From Pseudomonadota bacterium (GTDB lineage Bacteria; Pseudomonadota; Gammaproteobacteria; Pseudomonadales; UBA7434): a stretch of DNA of 64,000 bases. Positions 9,749-21,039 of the stretch are shown here, one piece after another. Made by a program: the position numbers and the translations under genes. Location: positions 22,616-86,615 of the forward strand of contig JAYYUJ010000024.1 in the NCBI GenBank assembly GCA_036344075.1, written 5' to 3'. A model generated the notes under the pieces. It did no database searches. It was not told the DNA's origin and saw nothing but the letters and a program-made list of their open reading frames with translations. Numbering within the stretch: the stretch's first letter is position 1; each line of letters starts with the position of its first letter.

Positions 9749-11437
9749 ATGATTAAAAAATCAATCAGGCTTTTTTTTACGTTAAGGAACCTCAAGTTAA
9801 AACAATTCGTTTATTTTATTTTACGACGAGGTTTTCCTGTGACTTCTGTCAAGCTGCTCAATTCAGAGAGGCTAATAAATGATAGCTTGATATTAGTTTC
9901 GCCACTTTCGATTGATAGTCATGGTGAAGAAAAAAACTCGCTTAGCTTCTTAAATAATAGTCGCTCTTTAGCTTTTAACAACATTGAGTGGAGGCCTAAA
10001 AATACCCAGCGCTTATGGGCCTATAACTTACATTATTTTGATTATTTACGTGATCCTGTATGGCTTCATGACGAAAAACAGCAAATGATCACTGATTGGG
10101 TTGCCCGTAATCCACAAGGCAGTCAACCCGGTTGGGAGCCTTTTACTTGCAGCCTTAGGCTAGTCAATTGGATTTTCTATCTTACGTCTAGCAACAATCT
10201 ATGTAATCAATCTATTCTGGATAGTCTTTATCTTCAAGCGAGTTGGCTTGAAAAAAATGATGAGCGTCATATTTTAGCCAATCACTATTTTGAAAATTTA
10301 AAGGCCTTGTTATTTGCAGGTTGTTTTTTTATTGGTAAAGATGCTGATCGCTGGCGAGAGCGAGCACTAGTTGATATTCCAAAGCAATTACGAGAGCAAA
10401 CGTTGCAAGATGGTGGTCATTATGAGCGTTCGCCTCAGTACCATGCCTTAATGCTTGAGAACTATCTTGATATATATAATTTAGCCATTAATAACGAGGA
10501 CTTATTCAACCACTCATTTATCAATCAGGTGAAAAATCATGCGGTTGGTGGTTTGGATTTTCTAAACACGATAGTCTTTCCAGATAATCTAATTCCACTA
10601 TTTAATGATTCGGCATTTAATATTGCGCCATCATTGGATGATCTAAATCAATATGCGGAGCGATTATTTTCTTATCGGCGGCCAGAAAACTCCATAATTC
10701 CTTCTATAATTAATAAGCCTAATTCGGGTTTTTACGGGCTTAAATCGGCTAATAATATGCTCATCATGACCTGTGGTGACATCGTTCCTGCTTATCAACC
10801 AGGTCATACCCATTGTGATCTTTTAAGTTTTGAGCTCATGATGGCCTCGAAAAGGGTTATTGTTGATACGGGCGTTTATGAGTACGAGCCTGGTGAGCTG
10901 CGCCATTACGTTCGTTCTACTCGGGCACACAATACGATTTCAATCGATGGCGATGAGCAATCTGAGATTTGGGGTGAATTCCGTATCGCTAGACGTGCTA
11001 AGAAGCACTTTTCCTCGATTAAACAAGTCGCTGACGGGGTCTGTATAACCGGCGAATACAGTGGATTTTATGGCAATACTATCGGTTTTCAATCACGATT
11101 CACTCATCATCGGTCGATCAATGTAAAGTTAGTTAAAGATGCTATCGATACCGTGACGGTTGTTGATAAACTGACAGGAAAAGGTGCTCATAAGGTTGAA
11201 AGTTATGTGCATTTCCATCCAGATTTTAGAGCGTATATTAATGATGATAATACTGTCACACTGAAGTGCCATGAAGATGATTTTTTAGTATTAAGCGTTG
11301 ATTCTCATTGTGAGCTACGCATTGTAAAAACGATTTATTGCCCTGAATTTGGTCTTAAGCAGCCTATTGACTGCTTGGTTATCTCGCGTTTTGGTGTTTT
11401 CCCCGCTGAGCTTAGCTATCGATTACAACGACTCTAA
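9749..11437 (+). CDS. Heparinase II/III-like protein
   Basis: 'LWAYNLHYFDYL', 'ANHYFEN', 'DGGHYERSPQYH', 'GHTHCD' and 'RSTRAHNT'. Confidence 0.85.
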   Translation: MIKKSIRLFFTLRNLKLKQFVYFILRRGFPVTSVKLLNSERLINDSLILVSPLSIDSHGEEKNSLSFLNNSRSLAFNNIEWRPKNTQRLWAYNLHYFDYLRDPVWLHDEKQQMITDWVARNPQGSQPGWEPFTCSLRLVNWIFYLTSSNNLCNQSILDSLYLQASWLEKNDERHILANHYFENLKALLFAGCFFIGKDADRWRERALVDIPKQLREQTLQDGGHYERSPQYHALMLENYLDIYNLAINNEDLFNHSFINQVKNHAVGGLDFLNTIVFPDNLIPLFNDSAFNIAPSLDDLNQYAERLFSYRRPENSIIPSIINKPNSGFYGLKSANNMLIMTCGDIVPAYQPGHTHCDLLSFELMMASKRVIVDTGVYEYEPGELRHYVRSTRAHNTISIDGDEQSEIWGEFRIARRAKKHFSSIKQVADGVCITGEYSGFYGNTIGFQSRFTHHRSINVKLVKDAIDTVTVVDKLTGKGAHKVESYVHFHPDFRAYINDDNTVTLKCHEDDFLVLSVDSHCELRIVKTIYCPEFGLKQPIDCLVISRFGVFPAELSYRLQRL

Positions 11438-11439
11438 TT

Positions 11440-12660
11440 ATGAACATTCTTTTTTTATCGCATTATTTCCCACCGGAAGTTAACGCACCCGCTACGCGCA
11501 CCTATGAACATTGTAAGCGCTGGGTTGAGCAGGGCCATTCGGTGACAGTTGTCAGCTGTGTGCCGCATCACCCCATGGGCAAGGCTTATCCTGGCTATAA
11601 AAATAAGTGGTGGTTTGAAGAAGACAAAGACGGTATTCGTGCAATTAAAATTAAGACTTACATTACGGCGAATGAAGGCTTTTTGAAGCGCACTTTCAAT
11701 TACGTCCTTTATATGATGATGGCCATTCTTAGCGCGCCTTTTTTACCCAAGGCCGATGTGGTGATTTCTACTTCCCCGCAGTTTTTTAATGGCTTAGCCG
11801 GATATTTTGTCTCACGCATTAAGCGCGCCCCTTGGCTGTTAGAAATACGTGATCTATGGCCAGAGTCTATTCTGGCTGTTGGTGCGATCAAAAAACGAGC
11901 GATCATTGGCCTTTTAGAATATTTAGAGCGCTTTGCCTATCGTAAGGCGAATGCCATTGTGCCAGTCACTCAGGCCTTTAAAATCCATATTGTCAATTTA
12001 GGTGTGGCCGAAGAAAAAGTGTCAGTCATTCGAAATGGCGTTAATTTAGCTTTATTTGAGACTGTGTCAAAAAATACAATACTGGCAAACGAATGGGGAT
12101 TAAATGATAAGTTTGTTGCCGCCTATGTTGGTACCCATGGCATGGCGCATGGTCTCGATACTATTTTAGCGGCAGCTGACAGGCTCAGAGACAACCCTGA
12201 GATTGTATTTTTGATGGTCGGTGACGGCTCAGAACGCGCGCGTTTAACTCAGTCAGTCAATGATCTTCAATTAACTAATGTTGTCATGCAAAGACAGCAG
12301 CCTAAGGCCATGATGCCTGAAATATGGTCAATTACGGATGTTAGCTTGGTACTATTAAAACGTCTCGATTTATTTAAAACTGTAATACCCTCAAAGATCT
12401 TTGAGAGTATGGCCATGTCGGTGCCTATCGTTCTAGGTGTTGAAGGTGAAGTGAAAGGCATTATCGAACAAGCGCAAACCGGACTTTGTATTGAGCCGGA
12501 ATCGGCAGATCAGTTGGCTAACGCTTTACTTGAACTAAAAGAAGATCGGGCACTTTATACGGAACTCTCAGCTCGTGGAAGGCCTTACGTGTCTAGCGAA
12601 TTTGACCGAAAAGTGCTTGCAGATCAATACCTTAAAATAATAGAAAAACTCGTCGCTTAG
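11440..12660 (+). CDS. Glycosyltransferase family 4, WbuB-like
   Basis: 'HYFPPEVNAPA', 'EIRDLWPES' and 'PSKIFESMA'. Confidence 0.9.
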   Translation: MNILFLSHYFPPEVNAPATRTYEHCKRWVEQGHSVTVVSCVPHHPMGKAYPGYKNKWWFEEDKDGIRAIKIKTYITANEGFLKRTFNYVLYMMMAILSAPFLPKADVVISTSPQFFNGLAGYFVSRIKRAPWLLEIRDLWPESILAVGAIKKRAIIGLLEYLERFAYRKANAIVPVTQAFKIHIVNLGVAEEKVSVIRNGVNLALFETVSKNTILANEWGLNDKFVAAYVGTHGMAHGLDTILAAADRLRDNPEIVFLMVGDGSERARLTQSVNDLQLTNVVMQRQQPKAMMPEIWSITDVSLVLLKRLDLFKTVIPSKIFESMAMSVPIVLGVEGEVKGIIEQAQTGLCIEPESADQLANALLELKEDRALYTELSARGRPYVSSEFDRKVLADQYLKIIEKLVA

Positions 12661-12765
12661 TCTACACTTAAATATTGTAGCGGAGATGCGTGGTCTCCCC
12701 TAATTTTTGTTCAAAAAGAAGTCAGTTTTCTTTATTGCCCTAGATTTTTTAAATGAGTAACGAAT

Positions 12766-14331
12766 ATGGACATAAAATCGATCGTACTAAGTAAACAATC
12801 CTTACTGTTAGTGATTGCCATCGCATTATTGGCATGGGTTTGTTACGACGGTTTAGCGTTGATGGTGTCGTGGTGGGAGCGTGACGAGTACAGTCACGGT
12901 TATATGATTCCGCTCGTGGCCTTGTATTTATTATGGCAAAAACGCTATTTATTGGCTGAACAAGCAGAGTCAGGTTCATATCTCGGCGTGCTGGTGTTAT
13001 TAGGCGCGTTAATGGCATGGTTATTAGGTGAATTAAGTGCAATTTATACCATTATTCAGTACGCCTTTTTTATTGGTTTATTTGGTTTAGCTTTGTTGTG
13101 GGTGGGTGTTCGAGGCACCTTAGTGGTTTGGGCACCTATTTTTTATCTGATATTTATGATTCCACTGCCTAACTTTTTATATTTCAATTTATCGCAAGAA
13201 CTGCAGCTTATCTCATCCAGTATTGGCGTATTTGTTATTCGATTATTTGATATATCAGTCTTTCTAGAGGGTAATGTGATTGATTTGGGCACCTATCAAT
13301 TACAGGTGGTCGAAGCCTGCAGTGGCCTGCGTTATTTATTTCCGTTAATGAGCTTCGGTTTTTTAATTGCTTATATTTATCGCGGCCCCGTTTGGCAAAA
13401 GCTGATTATATTTTTATCAACCATTCCTATTACGGTATTGATGAATAGCTTTCGTATTGGCGTGATTGGCGTGACCGTGGAATACTTTGGTATTGCTGCT
13501 GCCGAGGGTTTTTTACATGACTTTGAAGGCTGGATCATTTTTATGACCTGCCTAGGCGTTTTACTTTTTGAAATCTGGCTGTTTTATTTATTTTCATCTA
13601 AAGACAAGCCCTTTGGTGAGTTATTTGATTTAGATTTTGGTGCTGGCCGTCAAGAAGACCAGCCGAAATCATTTAAGAGTGTTCAGCTAAGGTCTCCTGC
13701 TTGGGTAGGTGTGGTGTTATTGATTTTGGCGGTGCCGACTTCCATGTACTTTGCGGATCGACAAGACTTAGTGCCCGAGCGTAGCGAATTTATTGATTTT
13801 CCTATTGAGCATGAAGGCTGGACAGGACGACTTGATAAAATAGAGGGTGATGTTTTAGATATTCTTCAGCTTTCTGATTACCACATTGCTAATTACTATC
13901 AAGACGATAAAGCCCCGGTCAACTTTTACGTCGCTTGGTATCAAGAGCAGCGCAAGGGAGCGTCCATTCACTCGCCTAAGTCTTGTTTACCAGGCGGTGG
14001 TTGGCAAATTAAAACGCATACTATCGAAACGGTTACCGGTATTGAGCGAAGTGGCCAAAGTTTAGCGGTTAATCGCGTCAATATGCAGATGGGTAATAGT
14101 AACCAGTTAGTGTACTACTGGTTTGAGGGTCGCAGTCGCAATATCACTAATGAGTACATGGCTAAATGGTTTGTGTTTTGGGACTCCTTGACCCGTCAAC
14201 GCACCGATGGCGCCTTAGTTCGTTTAGTCACCTATGTCCCCGAGGGTAGTGACATCGCCTTAGCTGATCAACGTTTAGTTAAATTCATAAAAGATTTTGA
14301 TCCACTGCTACCTGCGTATATTCCTGAATAA
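12766..14331 (+). CDS. xrtD: Exosortase fused to an EpsI domain (XrtD-like, VPLPA-CTERM-specific)
   Basis: 'YSHG', catalytic Cys in 'VVEACSGLRY', Arg in 'NSFRIG' and His in 'FLHDFEGW'. C-terminal EpsI domain ('IHSPKSCLPGGGW', 'YYWF', 'DGALVR'). A VPLPA-CTERM substrate is present in the window. Confidence 0.88.
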   Translation: MDIKSIVLSKQSLLLVIAIALLAWVCYDGLALMVSWWERDEYSHGYMIPLVALYLLWQKRYLLAEQAESGSYLGVLVLLGALMAWLLGELSAIYTIIQYAFFIGLFGLALLWVGVRGTLVVWAPIFYLIFMIPLPNFLYFNLSQELQLISSSIGVFVIRLFDISVFLEGNVIDLGTYQLQVVEACSGLRYLFPLMSFGFLIAYIYRGPVWQKLIIFLSTIPITVLMNSFRIGVIGVTVEYFGIAAAEGFLHDFEGWIIFMTCLGVLLFEIWLFYLFSSKDKPFGELFDLDFGAGRQEDQPKSFKSVQLRSPAWVGVVLLILAVPTSMYFADRQDLVPERSEFIDFPIEHEGWTGRLDKIEGDVLDILQLSDYHIANYYQDDKAPVNFYVAWYQEQRKGASIHSPKSCLPGGGWQIKTHTIETVTGIERSGQSLAVNRVNMQMGNSNQLVYYWFEGRSRNITNEYMAKWFVFWDSLTRQRTDGALVRLVTYVPEGSDIALADQRLVKFIKDFDPLLPAYIPE

Positions 14332-14401
14332 TTGGTGTTGGTATTAATGAAAATAATAAATATGATGCTTGGCGATAAGTCAAAAACAGGAAAACTGTAG
14401 C

Positions 14402-16030
14402 GTGGAAATTGCGATTTGCTTTGCCTTAGCGCTGTTCTTAAGTACGGCTTTAGTACCCGTTGCAATACGTTATGCATCAGTTTTAGGTCTTGTAGACCAG
14501 CCCGATGGCGATCGAAAAATACATCTTAATCCCATACCTCGCTGCGGTGGCTTGGCCATTATCATAGCGGTGCTTTGCTCAGTAGCCTTTTGGTTGAATG
14601 ACTTATCGCAGTTTTACACCTTACTTCTTGGCGCCTTAACCATTGCATTATTTGGTTTCTTGGATGATCGCCATAATTTAAATTATAAATGGAAATTTCT
14701 GGGTCAGATCATTGCCGTGGTTATATTTTTAATGGGCAATATAGAGATAACAAAAACGCCTTTTCTGGGTATGGGTAATATAGCGCCAATACTGAGTTAC
14801 GGCATTATGGTGTTGTTTATTTTGGGCGTTACCAACGCAGTGAACTTAACCGATGGGCTTGATGGTCTAGCGGCAGGGAGCAGCCTCTTGGGTTTAGGTT
14901 TTATTGCCTACTTAAGTATTTTATCTGGCGATTATTCAATTACCCTTATTGTGGCGGCGGTAGTGGGCTCGATCCTAGGCTTTTTACGCTTCAATACGCA
15001 CCCAGCCAGTGTATTTATGGGTGATGCAGGCAGTCAATTTCTAGGCTACTTAGCCGCCTGCCTTGCTATTTTAGTGACTCAGTCAGAGGCTTCCGCCGTT
15101 AGCCCTGCATTGGCTGTATTGATTGTTGGCATGCCTATTTTAGATACCTTGATGGTGATGACTTTGCGAATAAAAGATGGTAAGTCGCCATTTTATCCTG
15201 ACAGGCGTCATATCCATCATCAATTATTAGATTTAGGCTTGAAGCATTATCAAGCAGTCGGCGTATTATACTTTTTGAATTTTTTATTATTATTAACCGC
15301 TTATGCTTGTCGATTTGAATCGGATGCGACGGTCATAACCTGTTATTTATTTTTTTCAGTTTCAACGTTGGCGGTGATTGTATCGCTGAGAAGATCCGAT
15401 ATTTTGGCACATAGACGATCGTTACATTCAGAGCGAGATAGAAGAAATACCTTATTAAGAAAAGTCCCTTGGATTTATCATCATGGACCAACGGCATTGC
15501 AGTATGTACTTGGCATCACTTGGTTGGTGCTGCTTACATCAGTAGGGCCACAAGATTTTTCTTTAGGGATTATTTCTTTAATAGCCGTAGCGCTTATTGT
15601 TATTTCGTTTCGATATACCGATGAATATCGATTGTTATCAAGGGCTATCTTATACTCAGCATCAATATTGTCAACATTTGCTGGTGTCTATCAAGTGATG
15701 ACACTCTCTGTCAATGTGGGTTTTGAGATATTATGGGTAGATTTATTTTTATTGATACTCATCATGATGCTTGGCTTATCAATCAGGATGACTCGTAGAG
15801 AGCTTTTCCATTTAGATACTCAAGATATTTTAGTGTTGCTAGTGCTTTTAGCGGCAAGTTTTTTAGTGGTCAGTTTTGGCAGTGATAGTTTACTCATTAA
15901 CGCTGCTATACGTGTTTCCGTGATGCTCTATGCAGCTGAATTTATTATAAACCGCTGTGATAAAGTAGTTATTTCAAAATTTTTTGCTTTATTTGTATTT
16001 TTGGTAATTGGTGTTAAAAGTTTTTTTTAA
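14402..16030 (+). CDS. WecA/MraY-family undecaprenyl-phosphate sugar-1-phosphate transferase with a long C-terminal membrane extension
   Basis: 'RKIH..PIPRCGG', 'GFLDD', 'NAVNLTDGLDGL', 'FMGDAGS' and 'DRRHIHH'. GTG 14402 after AGGA preferred as start. Confidence 0.85.
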   Translation: MEIAICFALALFLSTALVPVAIRYASVLGLVDQPDGDRKIHLNPIPRCGGLAIIIAVLCSVAFWLNDLSQFYTLLLGALTIALFGFLDDRHNLNYKWKFLGQIIAVVIFLMGNIEITKTPFLGMGNIAPILSYGIMVLFILGVTNAVNLTDGLDGLAAGSSLLGLGFIAYLSILSGDYSITLIVAAVVGSILGFLRFNTHPASVFMGDAGSQFLGYLAACLAILVTQSEASAVSPALAVLIVGMPILDTLMVMTLRIKDGKSPFYPDRRHIHHQLLDLGLKHYQAVGVLYFLNFLLLLTAYACRFESDATVITCYLFFSVSTLAVIVSLRRSDILAHRRSLHSERDRRNTLLRKVPWIYHHGPTALQYVLGITWLVLLTSVGPQDFSLGIISLIAVALIVISFRYTDEYRLLSRAILYSASILSTFAGVYQVMTLSVNVGFEILWVDLFLLILIMMLGLSIRMTRRELFHLDTQDILVLLVLLAASFLVVSFGSDSLLINAAIRVSVMLYAAEFIINRCDKVVISKFFALFVFLVIGVKSFF

Positions 16031-16060
16031 TTGTGTCATTATTATAAAGGTGTTACTCCT

Positions 16061-18457
16061 ATGTTAATTAATAGCCTTCGATCATCCGTTCTTTTTTTAT
16101 TTGTGACTACACTTTTAATCGCTTGCAGTGGTGGTGAGGACCGTCAAGCTAAATATCTTGAGCGCGCAAAAAATTATCTTGAGTTAGAGAATTATGATAA
16201 GGCACGCATTGAGGCAAAAAATGTTTTGCAGATTAATCCTAAAAATGCTGCTGCAAGATATGTATTAGGAGAGATAAATTTTATTGAAGGCGATATCAGA
16301 AAAGCCTACGGTAATTTTCTATCAGTTCTGGACCTAGAGCCTGAAAATATCGAGGCAAATATTGCAATGGCGCGTATTTATGTCGGTGTCAGAGATTACC
16401 CTAAAGGGCTAGAACATTGTGATACGGTTTTGTCCGTCGAGCCTGAGAATGCTGAAGCTATGAATTTTAAGGCGCTTTTGCTTTCTGCCAGCGGTGAAGA
16501 GGAACAAGGTCAAATCTTGGCGGAGCAGGCTTTAGCGATTGATCCAGGTTTACCTGAGGCTCTAGGAGTGGTCGTTCAAAAACTGTTTAATGCAGAAGAT
16601 TTTGACCAAGCCCTCAAGATTTTAGAGCAAGGTCAAGCGGCTAACCCCGAAGAGACGCGTATTACCTCAATGAAAATATCATTGTTTGAATCGATGGATA
16701 GGCAGCAGGATGTTGAAGCTGAACTTAAAAAGCTTTCTAACCAGTACCCTGAAGAGCAACGCTATGCGACAACACTGGCGCGTTATTATATTCGTGAGGG
16801 GGAAATCGATGCTGCTGAGGACGCATTACGCACATTTTCTTTAGCTAATGAAGAGGAAGTTTCTGCCAAGCTAGCGATCATTTCTTTCTTGCTTCAACAG
16901 CGTACCAAAGAAGATGCTATCGCTGAGGCGCAGACATTGATTAATGAAGAGCCTGACCAAAGTGATTTTTATCTCGCCTTATCTGAATTGCATCTATTTA
17001 CAGGTGATGTTGAAAATGGTCGAAAAGTTTTAAATACCCTAATTGACAGAGATCCACGCAGTGTGGGTGCGATCAATGCCCGTAATGTGCTGGCCGATAC
17101 TTTTCTTAAGGATGAAGATAAAGAATCTGCTATGGGTTTACTTGACGAGGTGCTTGATATTGAGCCTGAAAATATAACCGCATTATTAAAGCGTGCCCAG
17201 ATAGTGTTGCTGGATGGTAAGGCAAAAGAAGGAATAGCTAACTTGCGTGTGGTGCTAAAAAATGAGCCTGATTCTTTGCCAGCCTTAAAGTTATTAGCAG
17301 GAGCTCAGGAGTTAGAAGGCAGGCTTGATTTAGCGTTGGATAACATGAAAAAAATCATTGCTCTAGAAGATCCAGTTTTAGAGAGCTTAGCTAATGCCGC
17401 TCGAATTGCTTTAGCTCTTGAGCGATATAAAGAGGCTGAAGGTTTTATTCGTGAGGCCTTGAAATTAGATGAAGACAATACCAGCCTAGTGTCTAATTTA
17501 ATTCAATTATTAGTATTAAAAGAAGATTACGATTCGGCTAAAAATTTCGCGGATAGATTAATCGCTTCTGATACATCGAAAGCCTTAGGCTATTTTTTAA
17601 AGGCTAATTTAGAGCTAAGGCTAGAGGAGTTTTCTGCCGCAACAGCTAATCTAAAAAAATCCTTAGCAAGTGAGCCGAAAGGTGTTGAATCGTTAACCGC
17701 TTTATCCAGACTGATTAGTCAGGAGCAAGGGATTGAAAAAGCAGTAAGCTTTGTTGGCGATCACTGTAAGCAATACCCTAAACAGGCACATTGCCATTAT
17801 ATTTTAGGTTCTCTATTTGCTCAAAATCAGCAGTTTGAAAATGCTATCGAATCAATCGAACAGGCCATTAATTTAAATGATCAGTTACAACCGGCGTATC
17901 GGCAGTTAGCTAAGATTCATAGTTTTAGGCGAGATATCGATGCTGTCGCCGAAGTCTTGGGTCGAGGTTATGAGAAAACTAATGAGCCGTCATTAGCGTT
18001 TGACCTCGCTTCCTTTTATTATCAGGTGCAAAATTATCAAGAGGCAAGCGAGATTTATGAGGAATTAATAGAAGAGAATGAGGGCGCATTATCGGCGATT
18101 AATAACTTAGCAATGATCTATGCTCAGCAGTTGCGTTCGCCTGAAAATTTGAAAAAAGCGTTGGCCTTAACAGCTGATCTACAAGACGCTGAAAATCCCG
18201 CTTTTCTAGATACGGTTGGTTGGGTATTTTACTTAACCGGTGATTATGAACGAGCATTAACCTATGTTCAGGCGGCGGTCGATAAAGTTGGAAGTGCTAG
18301 TGAACTTCAATACCATTTGGGGATGATATTTCTGAAGTTGGGCGATACTGAAAACGCTAAGATCCATTTGACGCTTGCCGTTGAGAATGAAAATGCTCGT
18401 TATGAAGGTTTTGATATTGCAAAAAGGTCACTGGCAGAGCTGCAAGCAGAGGGATGA
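16061..18457 (+). CDS. TPR-repeat lipoprotein, PrsT-like (PEP-CTERM/exosortase-associated)
   Basis: Lipobox 'LIAC', '[13 protein letters not shown]', tandem TPRs and C-terminal 'NNLA...DTVGW...YHLG'. ATG 16061 preferred. Confidence 0.8.
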   Translation: MLINSLRSSVLFLFVTTLLIACSGGEDRQAKYLERAKNYLELENYDKARIEAKNVLQINPKNAAARYVLGEINFIEGDIRKAYGNFLSVLDLEPENIEANIAMARIYVGVRDYPKGLEHCDTVLSVEPENAEAMNFKALLLSASGEEEQGQILAEQALAIDPGLPEALGVVVQKLFNAEDFDQALKILEQGQAANPEETRITSMKISLFESMDRQQDVEAELKKLSNQYPEEQRYATTLARYYIREGEIDAAEDALRTFSLANEEEVSAKLAIISFLLQQRTKEDAIAEAQTLINEEPDQSDFYLALSELHLFTGDVENGRKVLNTLIDRDPRSVGAINARNVLADTFLKDEDKESAMGLLDEVLDIEPENITALLKRAQIVLLDGKAKEGIANLRVVLKNEPDSLPALKLLAGAQELEGRLDLALDNMKKIIALEDPVLESLANAARIALALERYKEAEGFIREALKLDEDNTSLVSNLIQLLVLKEDYDSAKNFADRLIASDTSKALGYFLKANLELRLEEFSAATANLKKSLASEPKGVESLTALSRLISQEQGIEKAVSFVGDHCKQYPKQAHCHYILGSLFAQNQQFENAIESIEQAINLNDQLQPAYRQLAKIHSFRRDIDAVAEVLGRGYEKTNEPSLAFDLASFYYQVQNYQEASEIYEELIEENEGALSAINNLAMIYAQQLRSPENLKKALALTADLQDAENPAFLDTVGWVFYLTGDYERALTYVQAAVDKVGSASELQYHLGMIFLKLGDTENAKIHLTLAVENENARYEGFDIAKRSLAELQAEG

Positions 18458-19611
18458 AAGCAGTGAGTTTTAAAGTATTATCTGTATTTGGCACTCGTCC
18501 TGAAGCAATTAAAATGGCGCCAGTTGTGCTGGCGCTTCAGGCCAGCCGACGAGTCGAGGCAAAGGTATGTGTGACCGCCCAGCATCGTCAAATGTTAGAT
18601 CAAGTATTGGACTTGTTTAATATCATACCCGATTTTGATTTAGACGTGATGCGGGCGAATCAAGATCTTTACGATATTACATCGCGAATTTTATTGGGTC
18701 TGCGAGATGTGTTAAAAGAGTATAAACCTGATTTAGTTCTCGTTCACGGCGACACAACCACTTGTTTTGCCGTTAGCTTAGCGGCCTTTTATCAGCAGAT
18801 TCCAGTTGGCCATGTAGAAGCAGGCCTTAGAACGGGTGATCTGTCAGCGCCATTTCCTGAAGAAGCGAATCGAAGCCTGGTAGGTCGTTTGGCGCAGTAT
18901 CACTTTGCACCGACTGAATTATCACGTCAAAACCTTTTGAGTGAGTCGATAGATGATCAGCAGATTACCGTTACTGGAAATACGGTCATTGATGCCTTGC
19001 TATGGGTTAAGCAGCGTTTAGCCTCCTATAATGACTCTGTTTGGCAATCAGCGATTGGCGTATCACTGTTTGCTCGGTTGCATAATAACGATACTCCAAT
19101 GGTATTAATTACCGGCCATAGGCGCGAAAATTTTGGCCAGGGTTTTGTTGACTTATGTTCAGCAATAAAACAGCTGGCCGAAGCACACAGTGATTGGGAG
19201 TTCGTTTATCCAGTTCATTTAAACCCCAATGTACAGCAGCCGGTGTATGATATTCTGGCGGATTTGGGGAATGTGAGTTTGATCGATCCACAAGATTATT
19301 TGCCCTTTACCTGGTTAATGAATCGCAGCGCTTTAATTCTAACCGACTCGGGAGGCATCCAAGAAGAGGCGCCGTCATTGGGTAAGCCAGTGCTAGTGAT
19401 GCGTGATGTCACTGAGCGGCCAGAGGCCGTTGAAGCAGGTACGGTGCGCTTAGTTGGCACTGACAAAGCTGAAATTATTCAGCATGTTGAAAGCGTTATG
19501 CTTGATTCTGCCATCTATCAAGCTATGTCGAAAGCGCATAATCCCTATGGTGATGGCCAGGCGGCTACACGCATCGTAAAAACCATAGAATCCTCATTAG
19601 CCGCTAAATAG
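18454..19611 (+). CDS. wecB: UDP-N-acetylglucosamine 2-epimerase (non-hydrolysing)
   Basis: '[12 protein letters not shown]', 'HVEAGLR', '[11 protein letters not shown]' and 'NPYGDG'. Confidence 0.95.
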   Translation: MKAVSFKVLSVFGTRPEAIKMAPVVLALQASRRVEAKVCVTAQHRQMLDQVLDLFNIIPDFDLDVMRANQDLYDITSRILLGLRDVLKEYKPDLVLVHGDTTTCFAVSLAAFYQQIPVGHVEAGLRTGDLSAPFPEEANRSLVGRLAQYHFAPTELSRQNLLSESIDDQQITVTGNTVIDALLWVKQRLASYNDSVWQSAIGVSLFARLHNNDTPMVLITGHRRENFGQGFVDLCSAIKQLAEAHSDWEFVYPVHLNPNVQQPVYDILADLGNVSLIDPQDYLPFTWLMNRSALILTDSGGIQEEAPSLGKPVLVMRDVTERPEAVEAGTVRLVGTDKAEIIQHVESVMLDSAIYQAMSKAHNPYGDGQAATRIVKTIESSLAAK

Positions 19612-19764
19612 ACTGCAAGCGGCCATTTTTCATATTAAATAGAATGGCTTTCATTATTTTAACTTCAGCAACCGATCTTAAAGTGTTTTTTATCTCGCTT
19701 AGCTAGTTACCCAACCCCAGTGCTGTGAGATAATATCGCTTCAAATTAAGAGGGGGGTCATATT

Positions 19765-21039
19765 GTGGATATCAAGCAATACATGCAGGGCTTAGGTGAG
19801 CAAGCCCGCCAAGCCAGTCGCGCCATGTCTGCTGCCGATTCTGATGCTAAGAATGGCGCTTTATTAGCCATTGCTCAGCGCATTCAGGCTGACCGTGCAA
19901 CGCTTATGGCAGCCAATGCTGAGGATATGGCGGCAGCTCACGCTAATGGTTTAGAGTCAGCATTATTAGATCGCCTCGAGCTCACTCCGGCAAGAATTGA
20001 CGCAATGCTCGAGGGCATAGAGCAAGTTGCTGCCTTAGCTGATCCTGTGGGCGCTTTAACCGACCTCGTCGCCAGACCGTCTGGTATTCAAGTGGGGAAA
20101 ATGCGCGTGCCTTTGGGGGTTATAGGCATCATCTATGAGTCGCGGCCTAATGTGACAGTCGAAGCGGCAAGCTTATGCCTAAAGTCCGGCAACGCAGTTA
20201 TTTTGCGTGGTGGTTCCGAGGCCCTTCGCTCTAACCGTGCGATTGCCCAATGCATTTGTGATGGACTGGCCGATGCACAGTTACCGGCAGCAGCTGTTCA
20301 AGTGGTTGAAATCAGTGATCGAGCCGCGGTGGGCGAGTTAATTACTATGCCAGACTATGTCGATGTTATTGTACCACGCGGTGGCAAGGGGTTGATTGAG
20401 CGAATCAGTCAAGATGCCTGTGTACCAGTGATTAAACACCTCGATGGTAATTGCCATGTATACATCGATGATGATGCCGACATTGATATGGCCTTAAACA
20501 TTGCTATAAATGCCAAGACCCAGCGTTATGGTACTTGCAATACGGCGGAGTCAGTATTGGTGGCGAGTGCTATCGCCGCTGAATTTTTGCCGCGTCTAGC
20601 TTCAGCTATGCATGCCCATCATGTTGAGATGCGCGTCTGCGAGCGTAGTAAATCGATTATCTCTGAGACCGATAGTGCTGTGCCGTTAGTTGACGCTACC
20701 GACAGTGATTGGTATGAAGAGTATTTAGCCCCTATTTTAGCTATTAAAGTGATTGATGGTGTTGAGCAAGCCATCGAGCATATTAATCATTACAGCTCTC
20801 AGCACAGTGAGACGATTGTCACCGATCATTATCAGCGCGCAATGGATTTTATTCGACAGGTTGATTCAAGTTCGGTGATGATCAATGCATCAACGCGATT
20901 TGCCGATGGTTTTGAATACGGTTTAGGCGCTGAAATAGGTATCTCAACCGATAAAATACATGCTCGTGGGCCAGTGGGTCTAGAAGGCTTAACGTCGCAA
21001 AAGTTTGTGGTGCTGGGCAGTGGCCAGATTCGAACCTAA
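19765..21039 (+). CDS. proA: Gamma-glutamyl phosphate reductase
   Basis: '[16 protein letters not shown]', '[22 protein letters not shown]' and 'HARGPVGL'. Confidence 0.97.
   Translation: MDIKQYMQGLGEQARQASRAMSAADSDAKNGALLAIAQRIQADRATLMAANAEDMAAAHANGLESALLDRLELTPARIDAMLEGIEQVAALADPVGALTDLVARPSGIQVGKMRVPLGVIGIIYESRPNVTVEAASLCLKSGNAVILRGGSEALRSNRAIAQCICDGLADAQLPAAAVQVVEISDRAAVGELITMPDYVDVIVPRGGKGLIERISQDACVPVIKHLDGNCHVYIDDDADIDMALNIAINAKTQRYGTCNTAESVLVASAIAAEFLPRLASAMHAHHVEMRVCERSKSIISETDSAVPLVDATDSDWYEEYLAPILAIKVIDGVEQAIEHINHYSSQHSETIVTDHYQRAMDFIRQVDSSSVMINASTRFADGFEYGLGAEIGISTDKIHARGPVGLEGLTSQKFVVLGSGQIRT

Noticed and set aside
19622-19651. Possible terminator after wecB (gccattttt...agaatggc-tttc)
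   Set aside because: Weak AT-rich stem with a short U tract; not confident enough to call.
19765-21039. proA without adjacent proB
   Set aside because: proA-nadD-rsfS-rlmH with proB elsewhere is the usual arrangement in Pseudomonas-like genomes.
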